The notes beneath the pieces were generated by a model. It ran no database searches, was not told where the DNA came from, and saw nothing but the letters and a program-made list of their open reading frames with translations. This document shows positions 30,229 through 40,381 of a stretch of 64,000 nt of DNA, piece by piece; the stretch's first letter is position 1, and every line of letters begins with the position of its first letter. Source of the DNA: an uncultured delta proteobacterium (GTDB lineage Bacteria > Myxococcota_A > Polyangia > Fen-1088); NCBI GenBank assembly GCA_963755125.1, contig CAVWIP010000006.1, forward strand, positions 1 through 64,000. Direction: 5' to 3'. Made by a program: the position numbers and the translations under genes.

Positions 30229-32262
30229 CTAGAATTCAAACATCAGGCCGACTACCCACCGGCTGTCGCCCACATGTAATTTGTCACTCATGCCCAAGCC
30301 CGTGGCATCTACCCGATTCCACTCGAAGAAAGCGTAGCTGTGGTTGATGCCGGTCTCGATGTCCAGGCCGCGCGTGGCTTCGGGGTCGAGAAAGTCGAGT
30401 TGCAGAGCCACTCCGGCCGCTGCTTGCCAACCCAGTGTGCCGCCCGAGCCATGGCCGCCTTTGTAGTCGGGCACGTTCCCGTTGCCGTCTTGGATTTGCC
30501 AGAGGGTGTAGTTCAGCCCGAGCTTGCCGTACGGCACGAGCGGAATCTTCCATTGCACGGCCGCCACGTCCCAGCGGTAAACCAGCAGTGCGGCCATCGG
30601 GATGAGCCGCAACGTGGTCGTGTCGCCCGAGCGCACGCAGGCGCCTGTGGAGTCGACCACGCAGCCGCTTGTCGCATTGGCGGTGAATGCCTTGGTGCTT
30701 TCGTTGTAGTAGCCGATGACCACTCCAGCGGCGAGAGAGCCGAAGGCCTGGAAGAACTGCCAGTCAAGTTCCACCTGCGACATGAGGTGACGCTTGCTGC
30801 CGAACATCGTCTTGTAGGGAGTCGCGCCGGTGCCGGAGAATTCGGAATCGACATTGGGGGCGTAGGGGCCGAAGCGTGCCTCGAAGGCCCATTCCTTTGG
30901 CGTCCGGAAGCTTTCGGGTTCGTCGACCGGCATCTCGTCGCCTTCCTGAGCTACCGCCTGTGCATGCACGGGGCGGATTGCGAGTAGCAACAGAAGGAAG
31001 GGCAGACCGCGAGACAGTGCGCGCCGTGCCCGACGGCGACGTCGGAGAACGATCAGGGCCAGCAGTCCGATGCCGGCCAGCAACGAAATGGCCCCGAGCT
31101 GCGCGTCCCGGCCCGCCAGTGCGCAGTACCCGCCGAGCGACTGGCCGCCTGCGTCCCGGTACTCCTGGTAGAAGTTGATGGTCGGTACCGGCTTCTGCAC
31201 GAAGCCGCTCTCGATGGGGCTGGCGTTCCCACTGGTGTCCACGGCGGCGACGCCCACCGTGTATGTAATTTCATTCTGCAGAATTTCCAGGCGCAGGCTG
31301 GTCTGCGTGGGTGGCAAGAGCCCCGAGCAGAGGTAGTCTGGGTCGAGGTTCAGGAATTGGTTAGGCGCCCCGACCTCTTCCGCCGTTGTCGTTCCCTTCA
31401 CGCTGGTGAACGGGGTGGCCGTGAACGGCGTGCCGGGCGGACACAGAATCTGGCTGGTCAGGTACTGGTTGGTGTCGCTGCTGTTGTTGTAGTCGCTGCT
31501 GTAATTGTAATAACTCGGGTTGAAAACTTGCAGGCCGTTGCCCCGCATGCAGAACACCAAGAAGCCTGCCAAATTGGGCACAGTGGTTGTCGAGATAGGA
31601 CTCCACGACACCACCAGGGCTTCGTCGCCGCCCTCCACGGTGATGCCGTCGGGCGCTGAAGGGGGCGTACCGATTGCCGTGATGCCCAGACTGGGCGCGG
31701 CACTGCCAGTCACACCGGAATCCGGGTAGCCGTCGCCCGTGGAATCGAGCCAGAGCGAGATCGTCGTGGTGCTTTGGGCCGGGCTGCAACCACCTCCGAG
31801 AGGAGCAAAAAGCTTGTCCACGGTGGTCGGCACGTACCAGGGCGCCCGTGCTAGCTCTGCTATCCCATTCATCTCGCCGAGTATTTGACTATCGGGGCAT
31901 GTGGGCACGTTGTTGGCGTCCAGCGATGCGCAGTTACTGCCGACGTAGAGTCGTGCTTCGGTTCCGACCGTGGTCAGCGACGCCAGCTTGGACGTCGAGG
32001 CCGGTGCCATCTGGACCAAGATCTGCACGGGAGTGGCGCACTGGCAGCGCGCCTGGTTCAGGTAGGTGGCGGCTTCGGTCTTTGTCAGGTCGACCCACGT
32101 GTTCCCGCTTTGTTCCTGCAACGCGAGAGTGAAGTCACTCGTCGTCAGGGAGGTTGTGGTCGAGGTCGTGATGCTGGTCGAGGTCTGGGCAAGGCCTGGG
32201 CTTGCCCAAAGAGCTGTGCTCAAGCCAAGCAGGGCCGTACGCAATCGGCGACATAGGGCCAT
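30229..32262 (-). CDS. Fusion: Cys-rich/Fn3 surface protein with MYXO-CTERM-like signal plus MXAN_2562-like beta-barrel
   Basis: Signal peptide, Fn3 (PSAPDGITV..LVVSW..YTVGVAAVDTSGN), GGYC-TM-RRRRR, second signal-like helix, barrel EARFGPYAPNVDSEF..GLMFEF. Confidence 0.75.
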   Translation of the reverse strand: MALCRRLRTALLGLSTALWASPGLAQTSTSITTSTTTSLTTSDFTLALQEQSGNTWVDLTKTEAATYLNQARCQCATPVQILVQMAPASTSKLASLTTVGTEARLYVGSNCASLDANNVPTCPDSQILGEMNGIAELARAPWYVPTTVDKLFAPLGGGCSPAQSTTTISLWLDSTGDGYPDSGVTGSAAPSLGITAIGTPPSAPDGITVEGGDEALVVSWSPISTTTVPNLAGFLVFCMRGNGLQVFNPSYYNYSSDYNNSSDTNQYLTSQILCPPGTPFTATPFTSVKGTTTAEEVGAPNQFLNLDPDYLCSGLLPPTQTSLRLEILQNEITYTVGVAAVDTSGNASPIESGFVQKPVPTINFYQEYRDAGGQSLGGYCALAGRDAQLGAISLLAGIGLLALIVLRRRRRARRALSRGLPFLLLLLAIRPVHAQAVAQEGDEMPVDEPESFRTPKEWAFEARFGPYAPNVDSEFSGTGATPYKTMFGSKRHLMSQVELDWQFFQAFGSLAAGVVIGYYNESTKAFTANATSGCVVDSTGACVRSGDTTTLRLIPMAALLVYRWDVAAVQWKIPLVPYGKLGLNYTLWQIQDGNGNVPDYKGGHGSGGTLGWQAAAGVALQLDFLDPEATRGLDIETGINHSYAFFEWNRVDATGLGMSDKLHVGDSRWVVGLMFEF

Positions 32263-32468
32263 GTGTAGCCTTGCTTTCTGCAACGACCGTGCCGTCGAGT
32301 CCAGGCCGAACTGCCACCTGGCTGCGGGACGGGCTGGCATCCGAGGGCTGGGCGGCGCACTCCGGCTGATCCGCTGGCGCTTCCGTCCACGTGACCGCGC
32401 CAATTTGGCAAGAAATCCGCCGAGTGAATGTGAGATGAATCGGGAGCGAATCTGCGTGGCGACTGACA

Positions 32469-34733
32469 CTATGAGTCTCGGCCGATGGACGCTGCCTCGC
32501 CGCGCAGTTGCACCACCAGTTCGGACGGCACCTCGATGTCGCCGTAGCGGGCCTCGGCGTAGGAGTCCGTGAGGCGCGCCAGAGAGTCGGCGGCCGCCAC
32601 GCCTTGCTGGCGCACGCGCGCGAGATATTCATGTGGCGTCTCCTCCGGCCGCCGGGCAAAGCCCCGTGCCGCCAAGCGGTCCAGTGTCTTCTGGTAGACG
32701 CGGAAGATGGGTGGCTCGCCACGCCGCCGCTGCTGCCCGCTCGCCACCGCTCGGCGCTGCGGAAGTTTGCGCAGCGCAAACACGACCACAATCGCCAGCA
32801 AGACCGCGGCACTCGTCAGAACCTGGGATCTGCTGAGCCGATGGTGGGTTCCGCGCGGCGAGAATCGGGGCTGCATCCAGCCGAACTCCCGGCTCAGCCG
32901 CCGGGCCAGGAAGAGTTGCTGGCTGGCGCTGTATTCGATGACCCAGCGACTCCAGAACATCTCCACCGCGTCCAAGATCTGGCGGAAGCGGGTCATGCGC
33001 GCGGCCCGACTGGCTGCAGGCGTGGCGTCGACACGCACCCAGCCGCCGCTGCCCAGGTACGCCTCGACCCAGGAATGGGCACGGTTGTCGCGCACGGTGA
33101 TGGCCTGGCGCAGGCTGTTCCACTCGCCGCCCAGAAATCCATTCACGTAGCGCGTGGGCACGCCAGCCAGCCGCAGCAGCATGGCGGCCGCCGAAGCGAA
33201 GTATTCACAGTGGCCAGCCGACTGACGAAACAGAAAGTCTTCCAGTGGGTCCGGGATGCTCTCGTCGCGCTTGAGATCGGTGGTGTACTTGTGCGTGGCT
33301 CGCAGCCACCTGACCACGGCATCGATCTTGGCCGGGGCGTCAGGCTTGTCGCGCGTCAACCGCACAGCCAGCGCCCGCACCTGCGGCGAGAGCGACCGAG
33401 CCGGGCGCAAGTACGGCGTCAAGGCGCCCGGCGCCAGATGGCTTTCCGGCAGCCCTGCTCCGAACCGCGGCGCACTCGCGCGCGAGTAGGCGCGGTAGCG
33501 CGCCCCGGAGAATTCAGGAGCAGCGCCGCGGCGATCGGCCCGGTCGAAAGGACTGACCCGGAACGCGCGCAGCCCGAGTTCCCCCGACCAGCGTGCCTCC
33601 ACGTCGACGGCGGTGAATGCGCCGGGGGGCGGGGCCGGCAATTCGATCGCCACGGGCTGGTCGAGGGCGAAGGCTACGGCGTTCACCAGCGCGACGACTT
33701 CGATGTCCTGCTCGACGGCCCCGTTGATGGTTGCTTTGCGTCCCGGTGGCGGACCGGGCGCCTGTGGGCTGGAAAGCACGTAGGTCCGTCCGTCGTCGCT
33801 GGGGGAATGGTAGAGCGAGATCTGGGTGCGGGTTCTCTCGTCGCGCGAGCGGATCCACTCGCCGTTTTCGTAGGTGTCGTAGACGGTCCCCCGCCAGTAG
33901 AGTGAGGCGATCTCGTCGTCGCGCGCGTCGTCGCTGCGCACCTCGGTGATGCGGGGAACCTGGGCGCGCAAGACCACGGTCTGGTTGTCGAGCGACAGCA
34001 CGCCGTGCATGCCCAGCTTGACCTCGTCGGAGAATCCCGCCACACCCGTCTGGCGCCGCACGCCGCCCAGGATGAACCCCAGCCCCACGCGCGGGATGCC
34101 GGCGAACACCAGGCCGGCTCCGGCGAACACCAGCACGGCCACCAGCCCGGTGGCCAGGAAGAACGGCCCGCCCACCACGCGGCGCGAGTTGAGCACGCGA
34201 GTGACCGTCACCCGTGCTCCCGAGGCGTCGCCGGCGTGCCGGACCAGGTAGTTCTCCTCGATTTCGCGCCGCAGGTGGAAAAGGATCAAGGTCCATGTGG
34301 CCAGCAGGACGTAAAGGAAGAAGCCGACGACGAAGACCGCGCTGGTGGCTTGCCAGGCGGCTGCCAGCATGACCAGAAACGACAGGATGTAGATCTGCAG
34401 GTAGTCGCGATTGCCATGTCGTTGGCACAGCTTGTAGCCGAGCAAGAAGAGCACGAAGTCGAGGAAGGGCGAGAGATCGACGTCGGGGAAACTGCGCGCG
34501 ACCTGCAGCACCGCCAAAGCAAAAAGCGCCACGGTAACCACGTTCAACAGCGGCACGGCCCGATCGAAGAGTGTGCCCAGGCGCGTGTCAGGCTCGACGA
34601 ACCAGGACACGATCGCCGCCAGCGTGATGACGAGCAAGCTCAGCCACGACGCGGTCTCCGATGTCGCCAGCGTGGCGAGCGCCGTACCCGCCAGCAAGTA
34701 CGAGGTGAGCTTGTGCACCAGGCGGAACCTCAC
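32469..34733 (-). CDS. TgpA-like transglutaminase (DUF3488, transglutaminase, DUF4129)
   Basis: N-terminal TMs, YWRG, GHCEYFAS, RYVNGF, AHSWVEAY..W..D, ETPHEY..RYG. Confidence 0.9.
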   Translation of the reverse strand: MRFRLVHKLTSYLLAGTALATLATSETASWLSLLVITLAAIVSWFVEPDTRLGTLFDRAVPLLNVVTVALFALAVLQVARSFPDVDLSPFLDFVLFLLGYKLCQRHGNRDYLQIYILSFLVMLAAAWQATSAVFVVGFFLYVLLATWTLILFHLRREIEENYLVRHAGDASGARVTVTRVLNSRRVVGGPFFLATGLVAVLVFAGAGLVFAGIPRVGLGFILGGVRRQTGVAGFSDEVKLGMHGVLSLDNQTVVLRAQVPRITEVRSDDARDDEIASLYWRGTVYDTYENGEWIRSRDERTRTQISLYHSPSDDGRTYVLSSPQAPGPPPGRKATINGAVEQDIEVVALVNAVAFALDQPVAIELPAPPPGAFTAVDVEARWSGELGLRAFRVSPFDRADRRGAAPEFSGARYRAYSRASAPRFGAGLPESHLAPGALTPYLRPARSLSPQVRALAVRLTRDKPDAPAKIDAVVRWLRATHKYTTDLKRDESIPDPLEDFLFRQSAGHCEYFASAAAMLLRLAGVPTRYVNGFLGGEWNSLRQAITVRDNRAHSWVEAYLGSGGWVRVDATPAASRAARMTRFRQILDAVEMFWSRWVIEYSASQQLFLARRLSREFGWMQPRFSPRGTHHRLSRSQVLTSAAVLLAIVVVFALRKLPQRRAVASGQQRRRGEPPIFRVYQKTLDRLAARGFARRPEETPHEYLARVRQQGVAAADSLARLTDSYAEARYGDIEVPSELVVQLRGEAASIGRDS

Positions 34734-35845
34734 GACGGTCTGCCTCGGGCGGGCCGGGAAGCTTCCAGTCTTGGCGCCTGCCGACCCTGCAGCACGCGCA
34801 GCACGGCGGCACCACGCAGAGATGCGGGCAGCAGGGTATTCGCCGGTCCCGTCTCGGACGCGGGGCGCATGTCGACCAGCGCGAGGCAGCGCAGGATGTG
34901 CGACGCCTGGACGTTGCCTGCGCCCGGGGCGACAAACGCCTGGCTGGTGGCCAGGCCGACCTGATAGCCTTGCCGGAGCAGCACCAGCGCAGCGGAGGCA
35001 GCCAGCGAGACGGCGGCTTCAAAAGGCGCCGCCGCATCCCCGCCCGGCGCGGGTTCCCTGGGCTGCGCATCGTCGAGAGTCACCACCACCAGGCGTCCCG
35101 TGTTGCCTTCGAACTGGCGCACGAAGCGCCGTCCGCGCCGGGCCGAGGTGCGCCAGTGGATGTCACGCGGATCGTCGCCGGGCCGGAACTCGCGCAAGCT
35201 TTCAAATTCGCCTCGCCGGGTGCGGGTGGTCGATTGCCGGTCATTCATCTCGGCCAGACCCGAGGCCAGCACGGCGTCCATCACTGGCACCAGGGCCGGG
35301 TAGACTAGCAAGTCAGCGGGCGCGTCCAGGTCCAGTGACCGGCGCAGCAGTCCGAACGGAAAGCGCGTGGAGATACGCAGACCCGAGAGCCGGTGAATTC
35401 CGCGGCGGGGTAGGGTGCGACGGTAGGCGGTTTCCTGTTCGCGGCCGGCTGGGACCTTCAGGTAGAAGCAACGCCGATCGACGGGCTTCTCGGCCACCAG
35501 ATCTTCGACTTCCAGCGAGAATGCGGGGATGCGTTTCTTCGCGTTGCGGACCGCGATGCCCACCAGAAAAGGTGTTCCCGCGTGGATGGCGGGAGGCAGG
35601 CGCCGGGTCACCACCATGCGGCGCAGGCACGCTTCGGACAGCACGCCGTTGGCCAGCAGGAGAAACAGCAACATGCCGAAGATGAGGAAGAGCAGGTTGA
35701 TGCCGCCGTTGACCGCAGCGAAGCCGAGGACCAGCGTGGCCCCGATGAACCACTTGCCCTCGCGGGTGAGGCGGAAGCGGCGAGGCGGCCGGAACCAGCG
35801 CCGCCACCGTGTTGACATGGAAACCCTGGAAGGGTTCACCATCAC
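34730..35845 (-). CDS. DUF58 domain protein
   Basis: RRG, FPFGL, LREFRPGDDPRDIHWRTSAR, FEAAVSLAAS. Confidence 0.9.
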   Translation of the reverse strand: MMVNPSRVSMSTRWRRWFRPPRRFRLTREGKWFIGATLVLGFAAVNGGINLLFLIFGMLLFLLLANGVLSEACLRRMVVTRRLPPAIHAGTPFLVGIAVRNAKKRIPAFSLEVEDLVAEKPVDRRCFYLKVPAGREQETAYRRTLPRRGIHRLSGLRISTRFPFGLLRRSLDLDAPADLLVYPALVPVMDAVLASGLAEMNDRQSTTRTRRGEFESLREFRPGDDPRDIHWRTSARRGRRFVRQFEGNTGRLVVVTLDDAQPREPAPGGDAAAPFEAAVSLAASAALVLLRQGYQVGLATSQAFVAPGAGNVQASHILRCLALVDMRPASETGPANTLLPASLRGAAVLRVLQGRQAPRLEASRPARGRPS

Positions 35846-36858
35846 CCCGGGATGGGCAACCGATTGAGCACGTCCATGACCACTCGTTCCGCCTCCTCGC
35901 GCACGCGACCGGTGGAGTCGAGCTGATTAGCCAGGACCAGCCGGTGTGCCAGGGTGGGCAAAGCCAGTTGCTTGAGGTCATCAGGCAGCACGTAGTCGCG
36001 GCCGGCAACCAGCGCCGAGGCGCGCGCGACGTTTCGCCAGGCCAACTCGCCGCGCGGGGAAAGCCCGAGAGCCAGGAACTGCGAGCAGCGGGTCTCACGC
36101 GCGACTTCGACAATGTAGCTGGCCAGTTCGGGCGAGATGCGCACCCGTGCGGCAGCCTCCTGCAATGAGATGACCTCGGAGAGGGAGAGAGCCGGTTGCA
36201 GCTTGGCCAAGGCATCGTCGGTCACGGCCGGCGCTTCCAGGATCAGACCCTTCTCATCCTCCGCCGATGGGTAGTCGATGCGGATGCGAAGGGCAAAGCG
36301 GTCCATCTGCGACTCGGGCAGAGGATAGGTTCCGTAGTGCTCCTCCGAGTTCTGGGTCGCGACGACCATGAAGGGCGGTTCCAAGCGATAGGTGTGCCCA
36401 TCCAGCGAGACTTGGCCGTCGTTCATGGCTTCGAGCAACGCGCTCTGCGTGCGCGGGGTCGTGCGGTTGATCTCGTCGGCCAGCACCACGTTGGCGAACA
36501 GGGGACCCTTGCGAAAGACAAACTGGCCCGAGGCCGTGTCGAGCACCGAGACGCCGAGAATGTCCGAGGGGAGAAGATCGCTGGTGAACTGGATACGATT
36601 GAACGTGCCGCCTATGGAAAAAGCCAAGGCACGGGCCAGGGTGGTCTTGCCCACACCGGGTACGTCCTCGATGAGCAGATGGCCACGCGCCAGCAGGGTC
36701 AGGACCGCATTGCGGATGGCCGCGGGCTTGCCCCGGATGACCTGGGCTATGTTTCGCTCAAGTCGTTGCACCAATTCGGCCGCGGGGCGCTCACGTTCGG
36801 CCGGCACAAGTCGCGTCATCATCCACAATGATACCTCAGTAGGCGGCGCTTCGCTCAT
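35842..36858 (-). CDS. MoxR family AAA+ ATPase
   Basis: EDVPGVGKT, RIQFTSDLLPSD, DEINR, ATQN, YPLPESQMDRF, SPRG; start uncertain (36858 or 36821). Confidence 0.95.
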   Translation of the reverse strand: MSEAPPTEVSLWMMTRLVPAERERPAAELVQRLERNIAQVIRGKPAAIRNAVLTLLARGHLLIEDVPGVGKTTLARALAFSIGGTFNRIQFTSDLLPSDILGVSVLDTASGQFVFRKGPLFANVVLADEINRTTPRTQSALLEAMNDGQVSLDGHTYRLEPPFMVVATQNSEEHYGTYPLPESQMDRFALRIRIDYPSAEDEKGLILEAPAVTDDALAKLQPALSLSEVISLQEAAARVRISPELASYIVEVARETRCSQFLALGLSPRGELAWRNVARASALVAGRDYVLPDDLKQLALPTLAHRLVLANQLDSTGRVREEAERVVMDVLNRLPIPG

Positions 36859-36977
36859 GGAGCGCGCGTGCCGGTTCCCCTGCGGGGACTTCGGGACCCG
36901 CCACCCACCCTGACCCCGCGCGCTTCGCGCACGCCCTCGCCGGGGCCGAGGCCGGGCACCGGCGAGGGCCCCGGTTC

Positions 36978-37952
36978 CTAGCCTGCTGCCTTGACGGCTT
37001 TGATCTGAGCGATGAGCGGCGGGACCGTGGACTCCCAGGTCGCGCACAGGCCGTAGTCGGCCACTTGGAAGATGGGCGCTTCGGGATCCTTGTTGATGGC
37101 CACGATCACCTTGCTGCTCTTCATGCCAGCCAGGTGCTGGATGGCACCCGAGATCCCCACCGCGAAGTAGAGTTCCGGCGCGACCACCTTGCCGGTCTGG
37201 CCCACCTGCAGATCGTTGGGCACCATGCCCGCATCGCAGGCTGCGCGGCTGGCACCCAGGGCCCCGCCCAAAAGGTCGGTCAGCTCTTCCAGCACTTTGA
37301 AGTTCGCGGCGTCCTTCAACCCGCGGCCACCGGACACCACCACCTTGGCCTCGGTGAGATCCGGGCGCGCGCTCTTGCTGGCGTGCAGGGCAACGAACTC
37401 GGAGCCGAGCGTATCGATCGAGCCCGGCTCAAGTGGCTCGACGCCGCCCGCACCGGCGACCGGGGCGGCGGGAGGAAACTCGGTCTGACGAACCGTGGCC
37501 ACGACCACGGGGGTCAGCACCTCCACATCGGTCAGCGCATTGCCCGCGTAGCTCGGCCGGCGGAAGGTCTTGGCGCCGGTGACAGCCACGATCTCGCTGG
37601 CCATGCCCGCGCCGAGAAGGCCCGCCACACGCGGCAGAACGTCCTTGCCCGTCGAGGTGGCCGAAGCCACCAGCGCCGCGGCGTCGATCTTCTTGATCGC
37701 TGCCACCAGCACCGGTGCCCAGGTTTCTGCCAGCGGCGCGGCCAGGGCCGCGTTGTCGCAGCAGAGGACCTTGTCCACGTAGCGGGCAACATCCTGAGCC
37801 GCGGCGCCGATCCCAGAACCGATCACGATCCCGACCAGGGGGCCGCCGTTGGCCTGCGCCAGCTTGCGGGCTGCGGAGATCGCCGGCAACGAGGCCGAGC
37901 GCAGGTTGGTTGTGGTTGTTTCCAAGAGAACAAGTGTCGCTGTGCCGGGCAT
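36978..37952 (-). CDS. etfA: Electron transfer flavoprotein alpha subunit
   Basis: [42 protein letters not shown]. Confidence 0.96.
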   Translation of the reverse strand: MPGTATLVLLETTTTNLRSASLPAISAARKLAQANGGPLVGIVIGSGIGAAAQDVARYVDKVLCCDNAALAAPLAETWAPVLVAAIKKIDAAALVASATSTGKDVLPRVAGLLGAGMASEIVAVTGAKTFRRPSYAGNALTDVEVLTPVVVATVRQTEFPPAAPVAGAGGVEPLEPGSIDTLGSEFVALHASKSARPDLTEAKVVVSGGRGLKDAANFKVLEELTDLLGGALGASRAACDAGMVPNDLQVGQTGKVVAPELYFAVGISGAIQHLAGMKSSKVIVAINKDPEAPIFQVADYGLCATWESTVPPLIAQIKAVKAAG

Positions 37953-38773
37953 CAGATCACCTTCGCTTCGTTGTGTAGCTTTGCAACCAGTTCCTCGACC
38001 GAGGCCACCTTCACTCCGGCCTTGCGCGCGGGCGGTGCCTCGTGGTGCCGGGTCTTGACCAGAATTCCGCCGGCCACGCCGAGAGACTCGACCGCGATCT
38101 CGCGCAGTTCCTTCTTCTTCGCGGCCATGATGCCCTTGAGCGACGCCAACCGTTGGGTGTCTTCCCATTCGGCGGTGGCAGGGGCCAGGGCCTCGTTGCG
38201 GACAGCCTTCTTGCCAATGATGCGCAGATCCACAGTCATGATCGCGGGCAGGCGCACGTGGCGTTCCTCCACGCCCGCATCCACCTCGCGCGTGACGGTC
38301 GCCGTCTTTCCGTCGGCGGCCAAGAGAATACTGGCCAGGAAGGTGGCCTGTGGCCAACCCAGTGCGGCGGCCAGGATCTGGCCCACCTGGTTGTCGTCGC
38401 CGTCCACCGCCTGTTTGCCCATGATCACGAGGTCAGGCTTCTCGGCGTCGACCACAGCACGCAGGATGCGCGCAACCCTGTCAGGGTCCAACTCGCTGTC
38501 ATCACCGGCGATCAGGGTGGCGCGGTTGGCGCCCATGGCCAGCAGCTGCTTGAGCTGGGCTGAGGTGTCCTTGGGCCCGATGCTCACCACTACGACCTCG
38601 CCCATGCGTTCACCGCCTTTGCCCTTCTCGGTGAGGCGCAGGGCGGCTTCGACTGCATACTCGTCGAAGGGATTCACTTGCCAGGTGGTGCCCGCCAGTT
38701 CGACGGAGCCGTTGGCGACTTTGAGCTTGAGGTCAGGGTTGGGAACTCGTTTGCAGGGTACAAGGATCTTCAC
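37952..38773 (-). CDS. etfB: Electron transfer flavoprotein beta subunit
   Basis: KRVPNP, NPFDEYAVE, LAMGA, GKQAVD, TREVDAG; GTG with AGGAGG RBS. Confidence 0.95.
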   Translation of the reverse strand: MKILVPCKRVPNPDLKLKVANGSVELAGTTWQVNPFDEYAVEAALRLTEKGKGGERMGEVVVVSIGPKDTSAQLKQLLAMGANRATLIAGDDSELDPDRVARILRAVVDAEKPDLVIMGKQAVDGDDNQVGQILAAALGWPQATFLASILLAADGKTATVTREVDAGVEERHVRLPAIMTVDLRIIGKKAVRNEALAPATAEWEDTQRLASLKGIMAAKKKELREIAVESLGVAGGILVKTRHHEAPPARKAGVKVASVEELVAKLHNEAKVI

Positions 38774-38802
38774 AAGAGCCTCCTTCGGGACATATGGAAC
38801 AG

Positions 38803-39306
38803 CTAGCTGGTGGCGGACCGCAACGCCCCTTCCAGGCAGGCCAGGATATAGTCGTTGTTGTCCACCAGGTATACGGTGGTGGGCTTGGGTTGTCGGTGGG
38901 CGCGCAACTCGTCGACCATGGCCCGGGCCGCCTCGGCGGGGTCGAGGCCGCCCAGGCCGGTGCCCAGGCCCGGAATGGCAATGACATCGAACCCACGAAG
39001 AGCCGCTGCGATGAGGGCCGCGCGCGCGGCACGGCGGGCGTTCTCGACACCGACCTTGGTGCCGGGCTCCTCCATGGTCGGGGCGTGAATGACGTTCTTG
39101 GCCCACAGTCTGCCAGCAGCCGTTACCACTGCGGCGCCAACCGCTATGGGAGCGAGCGACATAGCCTCCTTCTGGATAGAAGGCCCCCCCTTGCGGGACA
39201 GGGCGCCCGCCACGCCGCCACCCATTATCCCCAATGAATTTGCAGGGTTGACGATGGCGTCGACAGCCATTTCGGTTATGTCGGCCTTGGCGATATGGAT
39301 CTGCAT
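38803..39306 (-). CDS. Macro domain (ADP-ribose-binding) protein
   Basis: DIT..VDAIVNPAN..GGGVAGA, VIHA, IPGLGTG.GG. Confidence 0.93.
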   Translation of the reverse strand: MQIHIAKADITEMAVDAIVNPANSLGIMGGGVAGALSRKGGPSIQKEAMSLAPIAVGAAVVTAAGRLWAKNVIHAPTMEEPGTKVGVENARRAARAALIAAALRGFDVIAIPGLGTGLGGLDPAEAARAMVDELRAHRQPKPTTVYLVDNNDYILACLEGALRSATS

Positions 39307-39344
39307 CGTCCCCTGTGGCGCGCCATGAAATTTTGCGACGGCTC

Positions 39345-39374
39345 AAGGTAGCATCAAGCTTGCCAATTCTTCAA
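39345..39374 (-). promoter_or_regulatory. Candidate promoter for the macro-etfBA operon
   Basis: Minus strand TTGAAG-N18-TACCTT with TG extension; nested TGGCAAGCTTGATGC also fits GG-N10-GC. Confidence 0.4.
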
Positions 39375-39449
39375 GGGCCGTTTTCGGGTTGTGGGATTCG
39401 GAGCAGGGGCGGGGACGGAGTCTGTAACGGGGCCTCGTCAGGATGGATC

Positions 39450-39683
39450 TCAGCGTTTCGGGTGGGTCACGCGCCAGAGAGTGGCGACGATCCGGTCAAG
39501 CAGCGCGCGGGCAGGGGCGGCCTGGCGCCGGGGGATGTAACCCTGACTGGTAGCCAGGGCCAAGGCGGTGCGCACCTCGGCCGCGTGTCGGCCAAGCCAC
39601 GCCGCCCGCCCGGCCTGGTGCCAGGCCCAGCCCATCGCCCGGGTGAGTCCGCCCTCCCAGAGATGTCGCTCGCTTCTATTCAT
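39450..39683 (-). pseudogene. C-terminal remnant of a four-helix-bundle (23S rRNA IVP/Avd-like) protein
   Basis: AAEVRTALALA..QGYI..ARALLDRIVATLWRVT matches the family C-terminus; conserved N-terminal half absent. Confidence 0.6.
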
Positions 39684-39686
39684 AAG

Positions 39687-40343
39687 CTAGGCTTCATCCT
39701 TCAGTATCGCCTGCCCCTTTGTGAGCCAGGAAATCCCGAAGGCCTCAATAGTTATTGTTTCCAGCCAGAAGACCGGGTTCAGTCCTTTGGGAACAAACGT
39801 TGCCACATCCGGAATGACCATACAAACCACACTCAGCGCCAGGCAAATGCTCATGACATACCCACAAACCTTGTACACCCTGTTTCTGTGCAGTTTTCTC
39901 CCTGTTGGTTCTTGATTGTTGTCGGTACGTGTAAAGAAGACCAGGGAGAAGATGATGAGCGTCAGAAAGAACAAGAAGGCGAACACTTCGTGAATATGCC
40001 CAATGAGGATTGCCGATTTTGAGGTTTCCCCTTCCTGGGCAGTCGGAAAGAGCGATGCGCCGACGGCAAATACACAGGCCAGATCGCCGGCAAGGTCCTC
40101 GCCGCAGTTGTACCCCTTGTATGAGACAAGAAAGAAGCCGATAGCCCACAGCGTGCCGACGAATACGTCGCGCATACCGGTATAATAGTAGTCGCTGATT
40201 GTGGGTTGAATCTTTTCCCCAAAATATACCCAGGCGCCGAAAGAAACCGCAATCGGCAACGCCATGCCCAATATGCCTATGGCCTTCCGCAGAGCCAGAT
40301 ATCCGATAACCAAAGATCTTTGACACGGCAGCCCGTTCGTCAT
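39687..40343 (-). CDS. DUF998-like multi-pass membrane protein, visibly lower GC
   Basis: LRKAIGILG.ALP, TISDYYYT.MRDVFVG.L, FPT, FGISWLTKG. Confidence 0.7.
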   Translation of the reverse strand: MTNGLPCQRSLVIGYLALRKAIGILGMALPIAVSFGAWVYFGEKIQPTISDYYYTGMRDVFVGTLWAIGFFLVSYKGYNCGEDLAGDLACVFAVGASLFPTAQEGETSKSAILIGHIHEVFAFLFFLTLIIFSLVFFTRTDNNQEPTGRKLHRNRVYKVCGYVMSICLALSVVCMVIPDVATFVPKGLNPVFWLETITIEAFGISWLTKGQAILKDEA

Positions 40344-40381
40344 GTTCCCCAATCTCCTTTCATTCCTTCCCAAGGTCAACC

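Noticed and set aside
23855..38984. Long antisense or off-frame ORFs (e.g. 23855-25405, 28839-30347, 32508-33905, 37065-38984)
   Set aside because: Typical high-GC shadows of real genes, no recognisable motifs
36978..39346. Long N-terminal extensions on etfA and etfB ORFs
   Set aside because: Off-frame readings of the upstream genes; family similarity begins at 37952 and 38773
39450..39683. Diversity-generating retroelement accessory gene
   Set aside because: No reverse transcriptase or template/variable repeat pair in the window; gene is a fragment
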